From an uncultured Ruminococcus sp. (GTDB lineage: Bacteria > Bacillota > Clostridia > Oscillospirales > CAG-272), in the NCBI GenBank assembly GCA_964494135.1, contig CAZBQN010000005.1, positions 934-64,933 on the forward strand: a stretch of DNA of 64,000 bases, in the 5' to 3' direction. Below are positions 9,019 to 23,769 of the stretch, in pieces. The position numbers and the translations under genes were made by a program. The notes below the pieces were generated by a model that saw nothing but the letters and a program-made list of their open reading frames with translations, was not told where the DNA came from and made no database searches. Positions within the stretch are counted from its first letter, which is position 1; each line of letters starts with the position of its first letter.

Positions 9019-10206
9019 TTACCTTCCGAGCAGCTTCACCAGTCTCCTTGCCGCCTCCTTCGTGTCCTCGGGACTGCCAAAGGTGGAAAACCGGAAATAG
9101 CCCTCGCCGCACTTACCGAAGCCCTCGCCGGGCGTGCCTACGACCTGAATTTCACGAAGCAGGTAGTCGAAGAACTCCCAGCTTCCCATACCCCCCGGGC
9201 ACTTCATCCATATATAAGGCGCGTTCTTACCGCCGGTGTACCAGATGCCCAGCTCGTCAAGAGCCTCCATCAGGACCTTGGCGTTGTTTTTATAGACACG
9301 GATATTCTCCTTAATCTGCCTCTGTCCCTCGGGCGTAAAGACGGCGGCACCGCCCTTCTGGATAATATACGACACGCCGTTGGTTTTGGTGGTGCGGTTG
9401 CGCACCCACATTGAGTTAAAGCTCATACCGCACCTGCAAAGAGCCTTCGGGATAACGGTATAGCCGAGACGGGTACCCGTAAAGCCTGCGGTCTTTGACA
9501 GCGAGCATATCTCTATGGCGCAGGTCCTCGCTCCCTCAATCTCAAAGATGCTGTGAGGAATGCTCTCGTCCTCGATAAACGCCTCGTACGCCGCGTCGAA
9601 AAGGATAACCGAGCCGTGCGAATTGGCAAAGTCCACCCATCCTTTAAGCTGTGCACGGCTGAAGGTCGCGCCCGTCGGGTTGTTCGGCGAGCAGATGTAG
9701 ATTAAATCCGCCACCGCCCCCTCGTCGGGCTCGGGCAAAAAGCCGTTCTCCTTACCCGAAGCCAGATGAACGATCTCTCTGCCCGCGATAATATTGGCAT
9801 CCACGTACGCAGGGTACGCCGGCTCTATAACCAGAGCTGAACTTGATCTGTCGAACAGGTCAAGGATGTCGCCCAGCTCGTCGCTGGCTCCGCTGGAGAC
9901 AAAGACCTCGTCGGGGTCAAGCAGGACGCCGCGCGCCTCGTAATGCTTCGCAATAATCTCGCGGAGAAAGCCTGCTCCGCACTCGGGCATATATCCGTGA
10001 AAGGACTCCTTTTTCGCCTGGTCATCCACGCCCCCGTGCAGAGCCGTGATAACGCTGTCGCACAAAGGCAGGGAAACGTCGCCGATGCCCATTTTGTACA
10101 GATGCTTATCCGGATGCTCCTTCAGGTACTGCGAAAGCTTTGCGGATATTCCCGCGAAAAGGTAGGAATCCTTCAGATTTGCGTAATTCATATTAGGTGT
10201 AATCAT
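9019..10206 (-). CDS. dapL: LL-diaminopimelate aminotransferase
   Basis: MGIGDVSLP, CSPNNPTGA, FDAAYEAFI, SLSKTAGFTGTRLG (PLP Lys), GTPGEGFG. Adjacent to dapF. Confidence 0.93.
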   Translation of the reverse strand: MITPNMNYANLKDSYLFAGISAKLSQYLKEHPDKHLYKMGIGDVSLPLCDSVITALHGGVDDQAKKESFHGYMPECGAGFLREIIAKHYEARGVLLDPDEVFVSSGASDELGDILDLFDRSSSALVIEPAYPAYVDANIIAGREIVHLASGKENGFLPEPDEGAVADLIYICSPNNPTGATFSRAQLKGWVDFANSHGSVILFDAAYEAFIEDESIPHSIFEIEGARTCAIEICSLSKTAGFTGTRLGYTVIPKALCRCGMSFNSMWVRNRTTKTNGVSYIIQKGGAAVFTPEGQRQIKENIRVYKNNAKVLMEALDELGIWYTGGKNAPYIWMKCPGGMGSWEFFDYLLREIQVVGTPGEGFGKCGEGYFRFSTFGSPEDTKEAARRLVKLLGR

Positions 10207-10994
10207 TCTATCGTATCTCCTTCGTAAACGAACTCACAGGGGCCCGTCATCAATACCGAATAATCGGGAAAGACAGTGATTTTCAGCGTGCCCCCGTCAA
10301 GATGAACCGAAATAGGCTCGCCGGGGTCGCAATAGCCCTTCTTTACCGCCGCCGCCGCAGAGGCGCAGGCTCCCGTGCCGCAAGCCATCGTAACTCCGCT
10401 ACCCCGCTCCCAGACGCGCATCTGCAATTCGCTCCTGTTCATCACTCTGACGAACTCCACGTTCACACCGCCCGGGAAAGCCTCGTGATGCTCAATGACG
10501 GGTCCCAGAGCCGTCAGGGGGGCTGTTTCCATATTATCTGTGAAAATTACCGCGTGGGGATTTCCTACCGAAACCGGCGTACACTCGACACGGGTGCCGC
10601 CTGCGGTAAGTGTCATATCCTCCGAGGGCACTGCGGTGCCCATATCTACGGTAACGCTCCTGACCTTACCGAAGCTTATGCCGAGATCGAGGGTTTTTAT
10701 TCCCGACAAGGTTTCCACGGTCAGTCTTCTTTTATCGGTATAGCCCTTGTCGTAAACGTATTTGCCTACGCAACGAATACCGTTGCCGCACATTTTTGCC
10801 TCGCTGCCGTCGGCGTTGAAAATCCGCATCCTGAAGTCGGCAACCTCCGAGGGGGATATATAGATCATACCGTCAGAGCCTGCGCCGAAGTGCCTGTCGG
10901 AGAGCTTTATTGATAATTCCTCTATATTGTCAGGGACCTCACCGAAAACATACAGATAGTCGTTTCCGAGGCCGTGCATCTTCGTAAAATGCAT
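10203..10994 (-). CDS. dapF: Diaminopimelate epimerase
   Basis: MHFTKMHGLGNDY, MCGNGIRC, VGNPH, ERGSGVTMACGTGA. Start set at 10994 (RBS AAGGAG). Confidence 0.95.
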   Translation of the reverse strand: MHFTKMHGLGNDYLYVFGEVPDNIEELSIKLSDRHFGAGSDGMIYISPSEVADFRMRIFNADGSEAKMCGNGIRCVGKYVYDKGYTDKRRLTVETLSGIKTLDLGISFGKVRSVTVDMGTAVPSEDMTLTAGGTRVECTPVSVGNPHAVIFTDNMETAPLTALGPVIEHHEAFPGGVNVEFVRVMNRSELQMRVWERGSGVTMACGTGACASAAAAVKKGYCDPGEPISVHLDGGTLKITVFPDYSVLMTGPCEFVYEGDTIE

Positions 10995-11079
10995 TTTTAA
11001 TTCTCCTTTTCGTATAGACGGGAGCAAGTATTTTTCATACCTTCAAAAGCCATATTGCCCCCGTCGCTTCTACCGTGCC

Positions 11080-14000
11080 TCATTTGGCATCAATCGTGGA
11101 AATGCCCATTGTAACCTCTTCAAGGACGTCAAGAAGCATTCTGACAGTATCAAGAGAGGTGAGCATAGTGATATTGTTCTGTGCGGCGAGACGGCGGATT
11201 GCCACACCGTCACCGAAATGCTTACCCGACAGAATAGCACGGGTATTTATAACGTAGCTGACGTACCCCTGTCTCAAAGAATCCAGCACTTCCTCACTGC
11301 CCTCGCTGGGCTTATGGAGAAGTCTTGTGCGTATGCCGTGCTCCTTCAGGTACTGCGCGGTCACCGTAGTTGCTTCGATATTGAAGCCCATATTGTAAAA
11401 TCTGCGCACTAAAGGAAGCGTCTCCGCCTTATCCTCGTCGGCAACGCTTACCAACACGGTGCCGTAATTGCGGAGCTTCAGCCCGGAGGCAATCATCGCT
11501 TTGTACATCGCTCGGTGAAGCTTTTTGTCGTAGCCTATCGCCTCGCCGGTCGATTTCATTTCCGGGGACAGGTAGGCATCCATACCGCGGAGCTTTGAGA
11601 AGGAGAAGGCAGGTGCCTTTACGTAATAGCGTTTTTTCTCATCGGGATAAATATCGAATATTCCCTGCTCTGCAAGCGAAACGCCCAAATTAACCATAGT
11701 CGCAATGTCGGCAAGGCTGTAGCCCGTGGCTTTGGACAGGAAGGGCACGGTTCGCGAGGAGCGCGGATTTACCTCTATTATATACACGTCGTCGTGCTCG
11801 TCGACGATAAACTGAATATTGTAAAGTCCTATAATGCCTATCCCAAGCCCCAGCTTTTTGGTATAATCCAAAATCGTGGCCTTCACTCTGTCGGAGATCG
11901 AAAATGTGGGATATACGCTGATAGAGTCGCCCGAATGGATACCAGTCCTCTCAACCAGCTCCATAATACCGGGGACGAAAACCCGCTTGCCGTCGCATAT
12001 AGCGTCGACCTCGACCTCCTTGCCCTTTATATATTTGTCAACCAGCACCGGCTTGTCCTCGTCAATCTCAACGGCGGTTTTCAGATATTCCCTGAGGGCT
12101 TCTTCCTTTGCAACTATCTGCATGGCTCTGCCTCCGAGAACGAAGCTGGGGCGGACGAGCACGGGATAACCAATCTCCGCCGCTGCCTGAACGCCGGCTT
12201 CAATATTCGTCACGGCTCTGCCCTTGGGCTGAGGTATATTCAAATCGGACAAAAGCTTTTCAAACGCATCGCGGTTTTCAGCCTTCTCTATGGCGTCGCA
12301 GTCGGTGCCGATGATTTTCACGCCCCGCTGTGCCAGAGGCTCTGCCAGATTGATGGCCGTCTGACCGCCCAGGGTGGCAATTACTCCCTCCGGTTTTTCA
12401 AGAGCTATGACGTTCATTACGTCCTCGACGCACAGAGGCTCGAAATAGAGCTTGTCAGAGCAGGTGTAATCGGTGGACACGGTTTCCGGGTTATTGTTTA
12501 TGATAATTGCCTCGTAGCCTGCCGCCTTGATTGTCTTGACCGCATGAACGGTGGAATAATCGAACTCCACGCCCTGTCCTATACGGATGGGACCCGAGCC
12601 CAGCACGACGACCTTCTTTTTGTCCGAAACCCGGGACTCGTTTTCCTCCTCGTAGGTGGAATAAAAGTACGGAATATAGCTCTCAAACTCGGATGCGCAG
12701 GTGTCTATCATCTTATATACCGGGAAAATACCGTGCTCCCCGCGCAGCTTGTAAATCTCGGTTTCCTCCCTGCCCCAAAGATATGCAATCTCCTTGTCCG
12801 AGAAGCCCATTTTCTTCGCTTTTCTCAACACGGGTACCGAGTCTTTGCCCTCGGCTATCTCTTTCTCCGCATCGACGATGTTCTTGAGCTTGCGGATGAA
12901 AAGCATATCGATCGCGGTTACGGACGCAATCCTTCCCGCGTCAACACCGCGGCGCAAAAGCTCGGCTATGGCGTAAATGCGGTCGTCTGTACCGATCTTT
13001 ATATACTCCAAAAGCTCGGAGTCCGGAGCACTGTCGAACTTGCGGTTATAGAGATGGTAAAGCCCTATTTCCAAAGAGCGTATGGCTTTGAGCAGGCTCT
13101 CCTCTACCGTGCGTCCGATGCTCATTACCTCTCCCGTCGCCTTCATCTGCGTAGAGAGCGAATTGTTCGCGTCAGCAAACTTGTCGAAGGGAAACCTTGG
13201 CATCTTCGTGACCACGTAGTCAAGGGTTGGCTCAAAGGACGCGGGGGTGTTGGCAATCCTGATTTCGTCAAGCGTCATACCAACGCCGATTTTCGCGGAA
13301 ACTCTCGCTATCGGGTAACCGCTCGCCTTCGATGCCAGGGCGGAAGAGCGCGAAACACGGGGATTTACTTCTATGAGATAATACCGGAAGGAATAAGGGT
13401 CAAGGGCAAACTGCACGTTACAGCCCCCCTCGATCTTCAACGCGCGGATGATCTTCAGCGCGCTGTTCCTCAGCATGTGATACTCCTTGTTCGTCAGCGT
13501 CTGAGAGGGACAGACGACTATGGAGTCGCCGGTATGGATGCCCACCGGATCAATATTTTCCATATTGCATATAGTAATGGCGGTGTCGTTTTTGTCGCGC
13601 ATTACCTCGTATTCTATTTCCTTAAAGCCCTTTATGCTCTTTTCTATCAGCACCTGCCCTACGGGAGAGAGCGACAGGGCGTTTTTCATAAGGGGTACAA
13701 ATTCTTCCTCGTTGTCGGCAAAGCCGCCGCCCGTACCGCCGAGAGTAAAGGCGGGGCGAAGCACTACGGGATATCCGATTTTCTCTGCTATTTTCAACCC
13801 CTCGTCCACACCGTGTGCAATATCCGAGGGAAGCACCGGCTCGCCCAGCTGCTCACACAGCTCCTTAAAAAGCTCTCTGTCCTCGGCGCGCTCAATAGAC
13901 TCACTGCCCGTACCGAGAAGCTCTACACGGCACTCTCTGAGTATTCCCTTCTTCTCAAGTTGCATGGCAAGGTTAAGTCCCGTCTGACCTCCGATACCGG

Positions 14001-14262
14001 GCAGAATTGCATCCGGACGCTCGTAGCGAATTATCTTGGCGATGTATTCAAGGGTCAGAGGCTCCATATACACCTTGTCGGCTATTGAGGTATCCGTCAT
14101 AATGGTAGCGGGGTTGGAGTTGCACAGCACTACCTCGTAGCCCTCCTCTTTCAGGGCGAGGCAAGCCTGTGTGCCGGCGTAGTCGAATTCCGCCGCCTGA
14201 CCTATGACGATAGGTCCGGAGCCAATAACGAGAACCTTTTTTATGTCAGTTCTTTTAGGCAT
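11080..14262 (-). CDS. carB: Carbamoyl-phosphate synthase large subunit
   Basis: [21 protein letters not shown], duplicated ATP-grasp halves, [11 protein letters not shown]-terminal MGS domain. Confidence 0.98.
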   Translation of the reverse strand: MPKRTDIKKVLVIGSGPIVIGQAAEFDYAGTQACLALKEEGYEVVLCNSNPATIMTDTSIADKVYMEPLTLEYIAKIIRYERPDAILPGIGGQTGLNLAMQLEKKGILRECRVELLGTGSESIERAEDRELFKELCEQLGEPVLPSDIAHGVDEGLKIAEKIGYPVVLRPAFTLGGTGGGFADNEEEFVPLMKNALSLSPVGQVLIEKSIKGFKEIEYEVMRDKNDTAITICNMENIDPVGIHTGDSIVVCPSQTLTNKEYHMLRNSALKIIRALKIEGGCNVQFALDPYSFRYYLIEVNPRVSRSSALASKASGYPIARVSAKIGVGMTLDEIRIANTPASFEPTLDYVVTKMPRFPFDKFADANNSLSTQMKATGEVMSIGRTVEESLLKAIRSLEIGLYHLYNRKFDSAPDSELLEYIKIGTDDRIYAIAELLRRGVDAGRIASVTAIDMLFIRKLKNIVDAEKEIAEGKDSVPVLRKAKKMGFSDKEIAYLWGREETEIYKLRGEHGIFPVYKMIDTCASEFESYIPYFYSTYEEENESRVSDKKKVVVLGSGPIRIGQGVEFDYSTVHAVKTIKAAGYEAIIINNNPETVSTDYTCSDKLYFEPLCVEDVMNVIALEKPEGVIATLGGQTAINLAEPLAQRGVKIIGTDCDAIEKAENRDAFEKLLSDLNIPQPKGRAVTNIEAGVQAAAEIGYPVLVRPSFVLGGRAMQIVAKEEALREYLKTAVEIDEDKPVLVDKYIKGKEVEVDAICDGKRVFVPGIMELVERTGIHSGDSISVYPTFSISDRVKATILDYTKKLGLGIGIIGLYNIQFIVDEHDDVYIIEVNPRSSRTVPFLSKATGYSLADIATMVNLGVSLAEQGIFDIYPDEKKRYYVKAPAFSFSKLRGMDAYLSPEMKSTGEAIGYDKKLHRAMYKAMIASGLKLRNYGTVLVSVADEDKAETLPLVRRFYNMGFNIEATTVTAQYLKEHGIRTRLLHKPSEGSEEVLDSLRQGYVSYVINTRAILSGKHFGDGVAIRRLAAQNNITMLTSLDTVRMLLDVLEEVTMGISTIDAK

Positions 14263-15348
14263 TGTTCTTTTCCCCTTCCATTATCCCTATGAATTTGTCA
14301 AACAAATACGAGCTGTCCTCCGGTCCCGGAGCGCTTTCGGGATGATACTGCACGCTGAAAATTTTATCCTCACGGCACTCTACACCCTCCACCGTTCCGT
14401 CAAGAATGTTGATATGTGTCGGCGTCAGCCTCGTTGCCCCAAGGCTTTCAAGGTCTACCGCATAGGAGTGATTCTGAGAGGTGATCTCTATTTTGTCGGT
14501 CTCGAGATTGCGCACGGGGTGGTTGCCGCCTCTGTGTCCGAACTTCAATTTATAGGTTTTAGCACCGTATGCCAGCGAAATTACCTGATGTCCGAGGCAA
14601 ATGCCGAAGATAGGGTATTTTCCTCTGATAGCCCTTACCGTTTTGATAACCGGCTGCACGTCTTTCGGGTCGCCCGGTCCGTTTGAGATAAATACTCCGT
14701 CGGGTGACAGACGTTCTATCTCTTTGGCAGGCGTGTTCCACGGAACGACGGTTACGGAACATCCGCGTCTATTCAGCGAGCGGATAATATTCTCTTTCAT
14801 ACCGCAATCAATGGCGACGACATGGTATTTCTCCATCGGAACCCGGGAATAGCGTATGCTTTTACAGCTGACACGGGACACGGCGTCGGTGGGTACGGCG
14901 GCATTCCTTAAAATTTCCAGCCCCTCTTCGAGCGAGGTGTCAACTCCCGTAATCAATACTTTACGTGAGCCGAGGTCGCGTATGGAGCGTGTCAGCTTTC
15001 TCGTATCAATCCCCCACACTCCGGGGATACCGTACTTCTTCATCACCTCGTCAAGGGTTGCCGTGCTTCTGAAGTTTGAGGGCTCGTCGTTATACTCCCT
15101 TACTATCAGCGCGCCTATGGTGGGCGTGCCGGTCTCGTAGTCGTCGTCGCAGACGCCGTAATTGCCAATCAAAGGATAGGTCATTACCACCGCCTGATAG
15201 GTGTAGGACGGGTCGGAGAGTATCTCCTGATAGCCTACCATAGAAGTATTGAAAACTATCTCCAGGACCCTATCGGAGCTGTCGCCGAAGCCGAAGCCCG
15301 TATACTCCTCGCCGTTTTCCAAAATTATCTTTCTGTTGTAGTTTTCTG

Positions 15349-15352
<4 letters not shown>
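14255..15352 (-). CDS. carA: Carbamoyl-phosphate synthase small subunit
   Basis: [31 protein letters not shown]. Confidence 0.97.
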
Positions 15353-20001
<4,649 letters not shown>

Positions 20002-20009
20002 TATTCACC

Positions 20010-21425
20010 TCAGATATTTATATCGGCATGGCTTTCGGCAATTCCGTCAAGCAGAGGCTTTACCTTCGCGAGAAAGGCGTCGACCTGCTCGGGACATCTG
20101 CCTATATATTTGTCCGGTATAAGAAGCGAATTTATCTCTTCTTCTGTCATACCGAAGGCGGGCTCGGCAGCCAGCCTTGCCGTCAGGTCGCACTCCTCGC
20201 CGTCTTTCATTCTTGCGGTGGCCTCCATTGAGCATTTACGGATGAGCTCGTGTATCTTTTGTCTGTCCCCGCCCCGCTTTACCGCCTCCATCATCAGGTT
20301 CTCCGTAGCGATGAAGGGCAGATATTCCCTGACGGTTTTATCGACTATCCTTTCGTTGACGTGAAGTCCGTCGGTAACGTTCTGACAGAGTCTCAGCACG
20401 GCGTCGGCGCACAGGAAGCCCTCGGGCAGAGAGATACGGCGGTTTGCCGAATCGTCAAGCGTTCTCTCCAACCACTGGACCGAGGCGGTCATGGGCGCGT
20501 TAGCGGCGTCAGCCATCAGGTATCTGGAAAGCGAGCATATACGCTCGCTCCTCATGGGATTGCGCTTATACGCCATGGCAGAGGAGCCTATCTGATTTTT
20601 CTCAAAGGGCTCCTCAAGCTGTCTGTCGTGCTGTAAAAGCCGAATATCGTTTGCCATTCTGTACGCGCTCTGCGCTACCGAGGACAGGACGTTAAGTATT
20701 CTCGAATCCACCTTTCTCGGATAGGTCTGCCCCGACACATCAAAGCATTCGTCAAAGCCGAAGTCACGGCAGATGAGCCGATTCATCTCGTCAATTTTTG
20801 AGCCGTCGCCGTCAAAAAGCTCAAGGAAGCTTGCCTCGGTTCCGGTTGTTCCGCGACAGCCGAGGAATTTTATATTTTCTGTCGCAAAGTCTATCTCCCG
20901 AAGGTCGGACAAAAAGTCCTGCATCCACAGCGTCGCGCGCTTGCCCACCGTCACCGGCTGTGCCGGCTGATAATGAGTATAACCCAAGGTGGGCGTGCTC
21001 TTGTATTTTTCCGCGAACCTTGAAAGGTTCAAAAGCACGCCCAGAAGCTCGCCCCTCAGATATCTGAGGGCGTCGCGGTAGATGATAAGGTCGGCGTTGT
21101 CGGTGACGTAACAGCTGGTGGCGCCGAGGTGAATGATGCCCGCGGCTGAGGGTGCTGCCTTGCCGTAAGCGTAGACATGTGCCATAACGTCGTGTCTGAC
21201 TTCCTTTTCACGCTCAGCCACGCACTCGTAGTCAATGTCGTCCGTGTGAGCCTCCAGCTCCTTTATCTGCTCCTCTGTGATGGGAAGACCCAAGGCGCGC
21301 TCTGCCTTTGCGAGAGATACCCAGAGCCTGCGCCAGGTGCCGAAGCGTGTATCGGCGGAAAACAGCTTCAGCATATACTCGGACGCGTAGCGCGAGGACA
21401 GAGGAGATTCGTATTTGTTCGTCAT
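20010..21425 (-). CDS. purB: Adenylosuccinate lyase
   Basis: RHDVMAH, THYQPAQ, GSSAMAYKRNPM. Confidence 0.96.
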   Translation of the reverse strand: MTNKYESPLSSRYASEYMLKLFSADTRFGTWRRLWVSLAKAERALGLPITEEQIKELEAHTDDIDYECVAEREKEVRHDVMAHVYAYGKAAPSAAGIIHLGATSCYVTDNADLIIYRDALRYLRGELLGVLLNLSRFAEKYKSTPTLGYTHYQPAQPVTVGKRATLWMQDFLSDLREIDFATENIKFLGCRGTTGTEASFLELFDGDGSKIDEMNRLICRDFGFDECFDVSGQTYPRKVDSRILNVLSSVAQSAYRMANDIRLLQHDRQLEEPFEKNQIGSSAMAYKRNPMRSERICSLSRYLMADAANAPMTASVQWLERTLDDSANRRISLPEGFLCADAVLRLCQNVTDGLHVNERIVDKTVREYLPFIATENLMMEAVKRGGDRQKIHELIRKCSMEATARMKDGEECDLTARLAAEPAFGMTEEEINSLLIPDKYIGRCPEQVDAFLAKVKPLLDGIAESHADINI

Positions 21426-21472
21426 AATTTACTCCTTTTTCGTTTCCGTCTGCGTTCCTTTGCGCACACCTG

Positions 21473-22747
21473 TCAGCGTATGATTATGCTGTCGCGCTCA
21501 GGACCTACGGAAATATATTTTATGGGGCAGCCGATCTCTTTTTCAATGAACAGAACGTATCTCCTTGCCGCCTCGGGAAGCTCCTCCCAGCTGCGGACAC
21601 CGCTGACGTCGCACCTCCAACCGTCGAAATATTCGATAACCGGCTTTGCACTATCAAGAGCTGTCGGGAAGGGGAAGTAATCTGTCTCCTCGCCGTCAAC
21701 GAGGTACTTCGTGCATACGGGGATTTTGTCCATATACGACAGCACGTCAAGCTTTGTCAGCGCAATCGCCGTTGCCGCCTGAACCTCTACTCCGTACCTC
21801 GTCGCCACGATGTCAATAGGTCCGACCCGGCGGGGTCTGCCCGTCTTTGCTCCGTACTCGGCACCTGCCGCACGAAGCGCCTCGGCTTCTTCCCCGAACA
21901 TCTCACATACAAATGGACCTTCGCCCACGCAGGTGGAATAAGCCTTCACCACGCCTACGACGTCGTCGATTTTCGCTCCGGGCAGACCCGAGCCTATGGG
22001 CGCGTACGCCGCTATGGTACTCGACGAGGTGGTATAGGGGTAAATTCCGTAATCTATATCGCGCAGTGAGCCCAGCTGTGCTTCAAACAAAATGCTCTTG
22101 CCCTCAGTGGCTGCCTCACCGAGAAATTTGCCCGTATCGCATACGTAAGGCTTGATTTTCTCGCAGGCATCACAAATCCAGCTCTCCAGCATTTCCACGG
22201 TATAGGGTCTTGCACCGTACACCCGGGTCAAGGTCAGATTTTTCCATTCGAGAAGATCCGCAAGGTGTGCCCTCAGCTTCTCGGGATAGAACAGCTCGCC
22301 CGCAAGCACCGTCTTCTTCTGATACTTGTCCGAATAGAAGGGAGCTATGCCCTGCTTCGTTGAGCCGTACTTTTTATCCGCCAGTCTTTCCTCCTCAAGG
22401 GCGTCAAGCTCTCTGTGCCAAGGGAGAAGAAGCGAGGCTCTGTCGCTGATTTTAAGGTTGTCCGGGGTAATAGCAACTCCCTGTGACGTAACCTGTCCCA
22501 TTTCGGCAAGAAGGTTCTCGGGGTCAAGAGCAACCCCGTTCCCGAGAATATTGACGACTCCCTTTCTGAAAATTCCCGAGGGGAGAAGATGCAATGCGAA
22601 TTTTCCGTATTCGTTTATTACCGTGTGGCCTGCGTTTCCGCCTCCCTGGTAACGGATTACCACGTCGTAAGCCTCGGTGAGCAGGTCGACCATTCTGCCT
22701 TTTCCCTCGTCACCCCAGTTGATTCCGACAATTGCACAGTTTGACAT
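21473..22747 (-). CDS. purA: Adenylosuccinate synthetase
   Basis: WGDEGKG, GGGNAGHT, DYGIYPYTTSS, TGRPRR, LTKLDVL. Confidence 0.97.
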   Translation of the reverse strand: MSNCAIVGINWGDEGKGRMVDLLTEAYDVVIRYQGGGNAGHTVINEYGKFALHLLPSGIFRKGVVNILGNGVALDPENLLAEMGQVTSQGVAITPDNLKISDRASLLLPWHRELDALEEERLADKKYGSTKQGIAPFYSDKYQKKTVLAGELFYPEKLRAHLADLLEWKNLTLTRVYGARPYTVEMLESWICDACEKIKPYVCDTGKFLGEAATEGKSILFEAQLGSLRDIDYGIYPYTTSSSTIAAYAPIGSGLPGAKIDDVVGVVKAYSTCVGEGPFVCEMFGEEAEALRAAGAEYGAKTGRPRRVGPIDIVATRYGVEVQAATAIALTKLDVLSYMDKIPVCTKYLVDGEETDYFPFPTALDSAKPVIEYFDGWRCDVSGVRSWEELPEAARRYVLFIEKEIGCPIKYISVGPERDSIIIR

Positions 22748-22768
22748 ATCAACTATCCTTTCCCCGTT

Positions 22769-23482
22769 TTATATATTGTCCGTCAGGCGTTTCATAACCT
22801 CGGCGTAAGCGTCCTCGACACCTCCAAGGTCTCTGCGGAAGCGGTCCTTGTCCAGCTTCTGTCCCGTCTTTATATCCCACAGACGGCAGGTGTCGGGGCT
22901 TATCTCATCGGCGAGAACTACATCCCCGCCTGACAGCTTTCCGAACTCCAGCTTGAAATCAACGAGAGTTATGCCGCAGGATTTCCAGAAGGCTTTTAGC
23001 TCGTCGTTTACCGTAAAGGAGTACTTTTTGATAATTTCGATCTCCTCTCCGGTTGCAAGACCCAAAGCCAGAGCGTGATATTCGTTCAGGAGCGGGTCGC
23101 CCAGCTCGTCGTTCTTATAGGAAAACTCAATAGTCGGAGAAGCAAATACTATACCCTCTTCCACGCCGTATCTCTTTGCAAAGGAGCCTGCCGAGACGTT
23201 TCTGATAATGACCTCAAGCGGGACTATGGAAACCTTTTTGACCAAGGTTTCTCTGTCGCTCAGCTCCTCGACGTAGTGGGTGGGGACGCCGGCTTTTTCA
23301 AGCCTTTGCATGAGCAGATTACTCATTCTGTTGTTGATAACACCCTTGCCTGCAACAGTGCCTTTTTTCAGTCCGTTGAACGCGGTGGCGTCATCCTTGT
23401 ACGACACGATAAGAAGCTCCGGGTCATCGGTGGCAAAGACCTTTTTCGCCTTCCCCTCGTACAGCTGTTCTCTCTTTTCCAT
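22769..23482 (-). CDS. purC: SAICAR synthetase
   Basis: LYEGKAK, PLEVIIRN, LVDFKLEFG, LADEISPDTCRLWD, LDKDRFR. Confidence 0.97.
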   Translation of the reverse strand: MEKREQLYEGKAKKVFATDDPELLIVSYKDDATAFNGLKKGTVAGKGVINNRMSNLLMQRLEKAGVPTHYVEELSDRETLVKKVSIVPLEVIIRNVSAGSFAKRYGVEEGIVFASPTIEFSYKNDELGDPLLNEYHALALGLATGEEIEIIKKYSFTVNDELKAFWKSCGITLVDFKLEFGKLSGGDVVLADEISPDTCRLWDIKTGQKLDKDRFRRDLGGVEDAYAEVMKRLTDNI

Positions 23483-23509
23483 GGTAGTTCTCCTTTATCT
23501 CGAATATTA

Positions 23510-23593
23510 TAAACAAAAATAAAAGCGGACAATCGGCACCGACAAAAACGAACGTATCATCTACGCCCGTCAAATCGGAAGACGCCATTGCCC
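23510..23593 (-). promoter_or_regulatory. ANTAR-type hairpin plus terminator in the purC leader
   Basis: GGC-AATGGC-GTC (23592-23581). GGGCAATGGC can instead pair with GCCGATTGTCC (23537-23527), which is followed by GCTTTTATTTTTG. Confidence 0.75.
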
Positions 23594-23603
23594 TCACGCG
23601 ATT

Positions 23604-23632
23604 ATTATACACGCGCGGAGCTTGTTTGTCAA
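23604..23632 (-). promoter_or_regulatory. sigma-A promoter of the purC operon
   Basis: TTGACA-N17-TATAAT. Confidence 0.9.
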
Positions 23633-23644
23633 CAAAAAAATAAA

Positions 23645-23703
23645 TAAAAAAACAAAAAAACAAAACGGATACAGACAAGGAGAAAATCCCGGTCTACACC
23701 CGT
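23645..23703 (-). terminator. Intrinsic terminator after asnB
   Basis: ACGGGTGTAGAC / GTCTGTATCCGT stem, followed by a long T tract. Confidence 0.75.
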
Positions 23704-23769
23704 TTTTCACATCAAAATCCAAAACAAAGTCTTTGTTTTTAACCGACGACCACCGGTATCGGTCAATTA

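Noticed and set aside
11794-14088. 764-aa plus-strand ORF
   Set aside because: Antisense shadow of carB with no recognisable motifs.
23483-23632. Guanine, ZTP or PRPP riboswitch, or PurBox, upstream of purC
   Set aside because: I could not find the conserved cores by eye, and the leader is better explained by the ANTAR-type hairpin. A Rfam scan is needed to be sure.
23424-23678. 84-aa minus-strand ORF across the purC promoter
   Set aside because: It overlaps the promoter, the leader and the purC start out of frame, and is low-complexity.
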